A stretch of DNA of 64,000 nucleotides, from contig JAYPVK010000005.1 in assembly GCA_038134565.1 (NCBI GenBank), positions 26,695 through 90,694 of the forward strand, read 5' to 3'. Under the pieces are notes generated by a model. It made no database searches, was not told the DNA's origin, and saw nothing but the letters and a program-made list of their open reading frames with translations. Below are positions 56,213-64,000 of this stretch, one piece after another (positions within the stretch are counted from its first letter, which is position 1; every line of letters starts with the position of its first letter). A program made the position numbers and the translations under genes. The DNA comes from Pseudomonadales bacterium (GTDB lineage: Bacteria > Pseudomonadota > Gammaproteobacteria > Pseudomonadales > Pseudohongiellaceae).

Positions 56213-57178
56213 CTACGCGGAACAACTACCCCCGCCCAGTACGCAGAATTTTGCGCAGTGAGGGTGATTCAGTTTCACACTGCGCCAGGCTGCCTTGAGA
56301 CTGGAACCCAGGTTGAAGCGCTGATCGTAGGGCAACAAGGTACAGGCTTGCACCGATAGATGGTCGTCACCCTTGTGTTTAACCACCATGCGGGATGTGG
56401 CACACATCATAGTCGCCGGATCCTGGTTGAGGATGCCCCAACAGGCTGTCGTGATTTCCGGCACCTCGGCTGACTCGTCCATTTCCGGAAACAATACCAG
56501 TTGCTCGGCATCTTGCGCGTCGAGGGTAATTCCCTCGCGCGCGAACAGGGCCGCGAAGCCTTCGCGCATGGCTACTTCATCTTCGCCCCACATCGTTCGG
56601 CCGGCCACGGCGAAATTCAACCCGGAGTCAGACATCCATCTCAAAACCTCGATGGCAGGCTTCCAGGATCGCGCCCCGCGCTCCAGGGCATGTGTTTCTT
56701 CCGCATAGTGATCCAGGGAAATGCGGATCGTAAGAGCCGGGCCATAGTACTCGTGCAGTCGCAGAAGCCCTTGCCTCTCACGCAACATGGTGTTCATCCC
56801 GTTGCTCAATACCAGTACGCGAAAACCGCGCTCCAGACAGAGTTGCAGGATGCCCATGAAATCCTTGTTCAGAAACGGTTCCCCACCTGTAAACCCGATC
56901 TCGCTGGTGGTGAACTCCTCGCGCTGGATTTCGTCCAGCAGGGCCTGCACTTCCGCCGTACTGATAAAACTGAGTCGGTCATTCGTTGGGGTGGATTCGA
57001 TATAACAATTCTCACAACTGAGGTTGCACAGGCTTCCCGTGTTGATCCACAGTGTTTCCAGTTGCCTGGGGTCAACCGAAGCCCGCGGCGAGCCATCCGC
57101 CGTGATATCCATATCCAGAAACCGTGTCTGCACCGGCTCCCGATCCGCATCCACTTCTATCACTTCAATTCGATTCAT
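56213..57178 (-). CDS. arsS: radical SAM enzyme with Cys-rich C-terminal domain, ArsS-like (arsenosugar biosynthesis)
   Basis: CNLSCENC is a CX3CX2C radical SAM motif, and the Cys-rich C-terminus ends HCAKFCVLGGGSCSA. ATG 57178 (AAGG SD) lies 11 nt after the arsM stop. The ORF-track TTG at 57199 would overlap arsM. Confidence 0.65.
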   Translation of the reverse strand: MNRIEVIEVDADREPVQTRFLDMDITADGSPRASVDPRQLETLWINTGSLCNLSCENCYIESTPTNDRLSFISTAEVQALLDEIQREEFTTSEIGFTGGEPFLNKDFMGILQLCLERGFRVLVLSNGMNTMLRERQGLLRLHEYYGPALTIRISLDHYAEETHALERGARSWKPAIEVLRWMSDSGLNFAVAGRTMWGEDEVAMREGFAALFAREGITLDAQDAEQLVLFPEMDESAEVPEITTACWGILNQDPATMMCATSRMVVKHKGDDHLSVQACTLLPYDQRFNLGSSLKAAWRSVKLNHPHCAKFCVLGGGSCSA

Positions 57179-57189
57179 AGCCTTGGGGT

Positions 57190-58260
57190 CTAACAACAAG
57201 CCGCGGAAGCGGAATCACCCGATTCAGAGGACAGTTCATAGGGGAAATCAGTACCACAACCCGGAAAGATACCAAAGTGCTTGCTGAAGTCGCCGTAAAA
57301 CTCAAAAAACTGCCGGTAGCGCGTATCCGCCAGCATCATGAAGGTGTTGCCACATACCGGCACTACTCTTCCCGCGTCAAAGCGATGATGGTTATCCAGC
57401 ACGAAACTGGCAGCCTGTTCCTTGACGCCACCGAGGTATTTTACCGCCTGGCCATAATCCTCGCAGGCCGCCTCCAGTGCGGGTAACTTGAACAGGCGAT
57501 AGCTCACGGAATAGAAACGGTAGCCCTCAAGCTTTCTGGCCACGGCATCGTTTGCCACGGTGATTGGATGAACATCCACGATGCGGGGATCAGGAAATCC
57601 ACAGCGCCTGGCGAGGTTCTGAAAATCGTTCCAGTACAGGGCGCCACCCAGACATTCCCCGTATAACTCCTTGTCGGCCGCCAGTTCGGCAGGGAGTCGC
57701 CTGTCACAATAGATATCAGAAAAATAGAATTCCCCACCCTCTCTCAGTACCCGATGCGCTTGCAGCAGGACGGCCCGCTTGTCTGTCGCCAGATTGATCA
57801 CACAATTGGATACAATTACATCGAATGAGTTATCTTCCAGTCCCGCCTCGTCCAGGGCCTGGATATTGCCCTTCACGAAATCGACGTTCGAGCGGGCGTA
57901 GCCAAATTTTTCCCGATGCCACTCCCTGTGTGTCCTGGCGATGGCCAGTTGCTCATCGGTCATGTCAATTCCGATCACCCGCCCCTGCTCTCCCACCAAC
58001 TGGGACAGGAGGTAGCAATCCCTGCCGCTGCCACTGCCAAGATCCAGGATCGACAGTCCTTCTATGTGAGTCGGAATGGTCAGGCCGCAGCCATAGTAGC
58101 GTGAGCTCACTTCCTCATGGATGTTGGCCAGCGCTGCCTTGATCTCCCGGGGATAATCGGTGATCGTGCAACAGGCATTGGTCTTCAGATCGGCACTACT
58201 CTGCAGTTCCCTGCCGTAATAGTCCCTGACGTCATGTTCTATGTTACTCATCTCATTCAT
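57190..58260 (-). CDS. arsM: arsenite S-adenosylmethionine methyltransferase
   Basis: 356 aa with VRDYYG, the vicinal Cys pair in TNACCT, YYGCG, the SAM motif ILDLGSGSGRD and further conserved Cys in SNCVINL. This layout is typical of ArsM. Confidence 0.85.
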   Translation of the reverse strand: MNEMSNIEHDVRDYYGRELQSSADLKTNACCTITDYPREIKAALANIHEEVSSRYYGCGLTIPTHIEGLSILDLGSGSGRDCYLLSQLVGEQGRVIGIDMTDEQLAIARTHREWHREKFGYARSNVDFVKGNIQALDEAGLEDNSFDVIVSNCVINLATDKRAVLLQAHRVLREGGEFYFSDIYCDRRLPAELAADKELYGECLGGALYWNDFQNLARRCGFPDPRIVDVHPITVANDAVARKLEGYRFYSVSYRLFKLPALEAACEDYGQAVKYLGGVKEQAASFVLDNHHRFDAGRVVPVCGNTFMMLADTRYRQFFEFYGDFSKHFGIFPGCGTDFPYELSSESGDSASAACC

Positions 58261-58470
58261 GCAATTTTTCAGACCTCTTTATCCATACCTGGTTTGTGCT
58301 GACTACAAAGACCTCGTGACGCGCGATTTTCTTCGTACCCACATTCTACGCCATTAAGCTGTAAAGCGATGTATCGCCCTGTCACAAGCCCGCAGCCATT
58401 GTGATAACATCTGGCACTTACTGTCTCGCAAGCGCGTTGCCATCTCAAGCCGACCCCCTCAGGAAAGCCC

Positions 58471-58950
58471 GTGTCCGACTCATCTGTTCAATCCTCCTTA
58501 AGCTGGCTCTGTAGCAGCTTCGAGAGCCTGACCACTAGCGAGCTCTACGAAATACTGAGACTGCGCGCCGAGGTGTTCGTAGTGGAGCAGGATTGCCCCT
58601 ACCAGGACCTGGACAACAAGGATCAACTGGGTTTCCACCTGCTGGGCCGTGAAGGCTCGTCACTCAGCTGTTATGCCCGCCTGCTGCCGCCGGGAGTCAA
58701 CTACCCCGAGGCATCAATCGGACGGGTAGTTACATCCACGAGTGTGCGCGGAAGCGGGCTCGGCCGCCTGCTATTAAGGGAATCCATTCGTCAGTGCCAG
58801 ATTTTGTGGCCCGGTAAAGACATCACTATTTCAGCCCAGCACCACCTTGAAAAATTCTATCAGGAGTTTGCATTCACCACCGAATCGGAACCGTATTCCG
58901 AAGACGGCATTCCTCATATCCGCATGCACCGTAGCGGCTCACGTAATTAG
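58471..58950 (+). CDS. elaA: GNAT family N-acetyltransferase, ElaA-like
   Basis: 159 aa. LYEILRLRAEVFVVEQDCPYQDLD is the ElaA signature. GTG start. Confidence 0.85.
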   Translation: MSDSSVQSSLSWLCSSFESLTTSELYEILRLRAEVFVVEQDCPYQDLDNKDQLGFHLLGREGSSLSCYARLLPPGVNYPEASIGRVVTSTSVRGSGLGRLLLRESIRQCQILWPGKDITISAQHHLEKFYQEFAFTTESEPYSEDGIPHIRMHRSGSRN

Positions 58951-60416
58951 CGCTTCAGGAGCTCCTGTGTTTCATCGAAGAGCTGCAGAGTCTCCACGTC
59001 CCGCTGTGGCTTAAGCAGGCTCACCAGCACGATGGTCGCGGAGGCCAACAGGAATCCGGGTACGATTTCGTAGAGGTCGAACAAGCCCCCTTCCAGATTC
59101 GACCAGACTACGACAGTCAACGCTCCGAGCAACATCCCGCCTATGGCAGCCTGCGTCGTCATTCGCCGCCACAGCAGTGAAAACAGGATGACGGGACCAA
59201 ATGCAGCACCGAATCCGGCCCACGCATAACTCACCAATTCCAGCACCCTGCTTTCCCGGTCACTGGCTATCAGCAAGGCCACGATCGCCATGACAATGAC
59301 GGCCCCACGGCTTACGGTCAGCAACTCTTTTTCAGAAGCGCCGGGTCGCACAAATACCCGGTAGATGTCTTCCGATATCACGCTGGATGAAACCAGCAAC
59401 TGCGAATCGATCGTCGACATAATCGCCGACAGAATCGCGGCCGTGATGATACCGGCGATCCAGGGGTTAAACAGATTCTGGCTCAGGGCTATGAAAACTG
59501 TCTCGGGATTGTCCAGCGGCGCATCGGCGAAGTAGGCAATCCCTGCGAGGCCGGTAGTCACCGAGCCGATCAACACCACAATCATCCAGGCCATGGCCAT
59601 GCGACGGGCAGGTACTAGCTTCTCGGCGCTCTCGGCCGCCATGAATCTGGCTAGTATGTGGGGTTGCCCCATATAACCAAGCCCCCAGGCGATCAGCGAC
59701 AGGAATCCCAGAAGCCCCATGTTGGCGAACAATGCGAGGCTGTCCGGATTCGCCGCCTGCATCTGTTCGCCCACTACCGGGATTCCGCCACCGGAAGCAA
59801 TCACGCCCACCGGAGCGATGAGCAAGGCGGCCAGCATCAGCAAGGCCTGAATGGCATCGGTCCAGGCCACCGCCAGGAACCCGCCAACAAAGGTGTAGGC
59901 GACGATGATGAACCCGCCGGCAAGCAAAGCCACGCTGTAATCAAGCCCAAAACTGTTCTCGAACAATATCGCGCCACCCACCAGGCCGGAAGCGGTATAA
60001 AAGGTAAAGAACAGCAGGATCACGGATGCTGAGAGGGTGCGCAGTATCTTGCTCCGATCCCTGAACCGGTTTTCAAAATAATCCGGCAGGGTCAGACAGT
60101 TATTGGCGTGCTGACTATAGACTCGCAGAGGCCGCGCCACAATCAACCAGTTGCAGTAGGCCCCCAGTACCAGGCCGATACCGATCCATATTTCGCTCAG
60201 TCCCGACAGGTAGATCGCACCCGGCAGACCCAGCAACAACCAGCCACTCATGTCTGATGCGCCCACGCTCAAGGCGGTCACTACCGAACCGAGTTTGCGA
60301 CCTCCCAGGATGTAATCCCCCAGGTCATGGGTGCGCCGATACGCCTTTATCCCCAGATAGAGGATTACCAGCAAGTAGCCGCAGAAGGTCAGCAACAGCG
60401 GAAGGTTGGAAGTCAT
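58947..60416 (-). CDS. putP: sodium/proline symporter
   Basis: 489 aa. The N-terminus aligns with E. coli PutP (DYILGGRKLGSVVTALSVGASDMSGWLLLGLPGAIY). Confidence 0.93.
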   Translation of the reverse strand: MTSNLPLLLTFCGYLLVILYLGIKAYRRTHDLGDYILGGRKLGSVVTALSVGASDMSGWLLLGLPGAIYLSGLSEIWIGIGLVLGAYCNWLIVARPLRVYSQHANNCLTLPDYFENRFRDRSKILRTLSASVILLFFTFYTASGLVGGAILFENSFGLDYSVALLAGGFIIVAYTFVGGFLAVAWTDAIQALLMLAALLIAPVGVIASGGGIPVVGEQMQAANPDSLALFANMGLLGFLSLIAWGLGYMGQPHILARFMAAESAEKLVPARRMAMAWMIVVLIGSVTTGLAGIAYFADAPLDNPETVFIALSQNLFNPWIAGIITAAILSAIMSTIDSQLLVSSSVISEDIYRVFVRPGASEKELLTVSRGAVIVMAIVALLIASDRESRVLELVSYAWAGFGAAFGPVILFSLLWRRMTTQAAIGGMLLGALTVVVWSNLEGGLFDLYEIVPGFLLASATIVLVSLLKPQRDVETLQLFDETQELLKR

Positions 60417-60426
60417 AGATCTTTTG

Positions 60427-60454
60427 TTGGGTCTTGGGTCTTGGGTCTTGGGTC
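60427..60454. repeat. heptanucleotide microsatellite (TTGGGTC)x4
   Basis: Four perfect tandem copies lie 11-38 nt upstream of the putP ATG, reading GACCCAA x4 on the putP strand. Confidence 0.95.
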
Positions 60455-60620
60455 TCAGCCATCTGGTCCGGGAAACCCGGATCGCCCTGTCATTCTATGC
60501 TATTTGCGCCCCGCTGTTCTGCGGGCGTAATCTGGGGAACAGCAATCCCCTGCCATCGGGCCCTGACGGCCCCCATTTGGAATTTAATAAATATTTTACT
60601 TTATTAATTGATCAGGCTCG

Positions 60621-60644
60621 TAAACAAAGTAAAAACTTTGTTTA
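60621..60644. promoter_or_regulatory. perfect 10-4-10 palindrome, candidate operator
   Basis: TAAACAAAGT-aaaa-ACTTTGTTTA lies 23 nt upstream of the regulator ATG at 60667. A second AT-rich 8-bp inverted repeat (TTAATAAA/TTTATTAA) lies at 60584..60607. Confidence 0.5.
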
Positions 60645-60666
60645 TCCTGCCGATAAGTACCCTATA

Positions 60667-61314
60667 ATGGAAATCAGCAACAAACAATCGCAGATTCTCC
60701 AGCGCCTGAAGAGTCGCGGACCGCAGTCCGTCAGGATTCTGGCCAGCCAACTGGGCATCACCACCATGGGGGTGCGCCAGCATCTCGCGGCCATGGAAAA
60801 ACTGGGGCTGGTGAAGCAGACGCGCGAGGCCCGGCAAAACCGTGGACGCCCCGTGCATCTGTGGGCCCTCAGCGGCAAGGGCCATGCCCGATTTCCCGAT
60901 CGCCATCAGACCCTGAGCCTTGATCTCATCGAAGCGATCGATCGTACTATGGGGAGTGAGCAGCTTGCTTCACTCATCTCCGAATGCGGGTCTCAACAGG
61001 TGCGACAGTATTCAGGCCTGCTGGAAACTGCCGCTGGAGATCTCGGGGAGAGATTGCGGTTACTGGCCGAACTCCGCACCGAAGACGGCTTTATGGCCGA
61101 GATTCGACTGCTCCCGGAAGGCTGGTTATTGATTGAAAATCACTGCCCCCTGCACGCCGCCGCCCGCCGCTGTCCGGCGTTCTGTGACGCCGAGCTGAGC
61201 ATGCTGCGAACACTGTTGCTGGAACACGCAGAGGTTGAGCGGGCCGATCACCTGCTGGCCGGTGCCCGGCGTTGTGCTTTCAAGATTACCGTCAAGGCAG
61301 CCGCGAAGAATTAG
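60667..61314 (+). CDS. winged-helix (ArsR/SufR-like) transcriptional regulator with C-terminal Cys cluster
   Basis: 215 aa from ATG 60667. It has an N-terminal HTH (ILQRLKSRGPQSVRILASQLGITTMGVRQHLAAMEKLGLV) and a C-terminal NHCPLHAAARRCPAFCDAE...RRCAF. The upstream 87 codons of the ORF-track entry cross the microsatellite and look non-coding. Confidence 0.7.
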   Translation: MEISNKQSQILQRLKSRGPQSVRILASQLGITTMGVRQHLAAMEKLGLVKQTREARQNRGRPVHLWALSGKGHARFPDRHQTLSLDLIEAIDRTMGSEQLASLISECGSQQVRQYSGLLETAAGDLGERLRLLAELRTEDGFMAEIRLLPEGWLLIENHCPLHAAARRCPAFCDAELSMLRTLLLEHAEVERADHLLAGARRCAFKITVKAAAKN

Positions 61315-61395
61315 CCCTGGGCGCTTGCCCTGTACCAACCAGAACCCGAATTACTGATATAGTGTAAACACCTTAGCGGAACCAGACCCTGCCCG

Positions 61396-62735
61396 ATGTC
61401 ATCCACCCTGAAACACGCCCTCAGTGCCGCACTGGTGCTACTCCTGCTCGTCCTGGCCGTAATGCCAAGGATAGTCAGCTCCAATGTCGAGGCATCCACC
61501 GCCGCTAACCTGTCCGCCCTGTTCCCGCCCGAGGCCAGGCGTCAGATACAGTTCACGCAGGCCAGCTATGAGCGTGGCTGGTTCAAGTCCGAGCTTCGCT
61601 ATGACATACGCTTTACGCCCCTGGGTTCCAGTGCCCCCCTGGTCATCGAACTGCTTTTTGACTACAGCCATGGTCCACTGCTGTTCACCGCAGAAGGATT
61701 GAGACTCGGCCTTGCCTACGCCGATATCCAGCCACGGTTTGCCGACCCTCAGCTCACCCAGACCCTGCTGGACATGCCATTCCCTCTCCCGGAACTCAGC
61801 ATGAGTATGTTACTGGGCCTGGATGAAAGCCTGACAGTCAACATGGACTTCGCGCCCACGGCAATCAGCGACAATGGCGCCAGGGTGAGTTTCGACGGCT
61901 TGCAGGCAAGGCTTGAGATCGCGCCTGACCTGTCAGCCAGTTTCAGGATAGATATGGGGAGACTTGACGCCATGCAGGCCGGCATCGGTATGGGCTTCTC
62001 CATCGGTGCGCTCAGCCTGAGCAGCACAACAGAGCAGATTAACAACCTGATGGCGAATAGCGATGCTCTCCTGGAGATTGCGGAGCTGGATAGCCCAGGA
62101 CCGCTGGCTTTCCACAGCAAGGCCCTCGTTGCCAATTCCAGCATTCGCAACAGCGGCACTACTGCCATCGACGTTAGCCAACACTTCACCGTCAACGAGA
62201 TTGACAGTGAGCTGCCACTGCAGTCTTTCACCTGGGATATGGAACTCAACGAACTGCAGACTTCTGTAATCGCCCAGTACTACGACCTGGTGTTTGAGAT
62301 GCAGGAACAACTGACAGGCGCGACTGACTCCGGCACCGGTGACAGTGACCTGCTCGGCGAAATGCTGGATGAATTGGGATTGGTGGTGCTGCAGAACCGC
62401 CTGGTGGTGAACAACTATTTCACAGCGAACGCCTATGGGGGTGATCACGGCCTGGGTATACAGCTGAGCTGGCTGGGTCTGCCGCAAGTCGGGTCTTACG
62501 AAGAGCTGTCCATGGCGGCGCTTCTTGATGCACTGAATTTGCAGATCGATCTGTCACTGGATCAGGAAGCCATTCTGCAGAGCCCCGCCGCTGCCATGGT
62601 CGACCCCTACTTGCAGCAGGGATACATCACCTTGAATAATAGCCGCATCGGGATGGATATCTCCCTCAGTGATCGCCAACTGGTGCTGAACGGTGCGATT
62701 ACTCCCCTTGAACAGATTTTTCCCACGGTATCACA

Positions 62736-62739
<4 letters not shown>
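61396..62739 (+). CDS. DUF945 (YdgA/YihF) family envelope protein
   Basis: 447 aa with an N-terminal signal/anchor. [10 protein letters not shown] and the C-terminal ...[13 protein letters not shown] resemble E. coli YdgA (HRGVFSS, ITLNGQKMSPEDF). Confidence 0.75.

Positions 62740-64000
<1,261 letters not shown>

Overview
This window is a moderately GC-rich gammaproteobacterial chromosome segment. It consists almost entirely of conserved housekeeping genes in Pseudomonas/Cellvibrionales-like order. The order is (ftsB)-eno-kdsA-pyrG-tilS-accA-dnaE-rnhB-lpxB-lpxA-fabZ-lpxD-skp-bamA-rseP-dxr-cdsA-uppS-frr-pyrH-tsf-rpsB on the minus strand, then map-glnD-yffB-dapD-dapE on the plus strand. Next come rsmJ-uppP-tsaB, adk-mazG-rlmD-cysM-recO-era-rnc-DUF4845-lepB-lepA-mucD-mucA-rpoE on the minus strand. 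These are followed by nadB, sdhE/ygfX, ygfZ, tRNA-Arg(CCU) and a small accessory stretch. I see no mobile element, prophage, CRISPR array or recognisable defence system, and no convincing wholly novel multi-gene system. The most interesting leads are listed here.

- Two tandem, extremely Lys/Ala-rich histone-H1/AlgP-like genes lie between tsaB and adk, and ribosomal protein S2 carries a similar AKKK tail.
- An arsM-arsS operon sits beside a convergent family-2 glycosyltransferase. This is an arsenosugar-type gene set without any classical ars resistance genes.
- The rpsB-map spacer is enlarged to 878 nt and is filled with inverted copies of a structured repeat.
- The rpoE-mucA-mucD locus lacks rseB/mucB and has a 201-nt rpoE-mucA gap with a second sigmaE-like promoter motif.
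- An HDOD gene has an internal deletion and an in-frame stop, and an orphan ORF lies next to it.
- A heptamer microsatellite lies in the putP 5' region, close to a palindromic operator candidate. That candidate sits upstream of a Cys-rich winged-helix regulator, followed by a DUF945 gene and ygiQ.

Product calls rest on my recognition of motifs in the translated ORFs, and no database search was run. Several ORF-track starts are alternative codons (GTG/TTG), so I trimmed some genes to better-supported starts.
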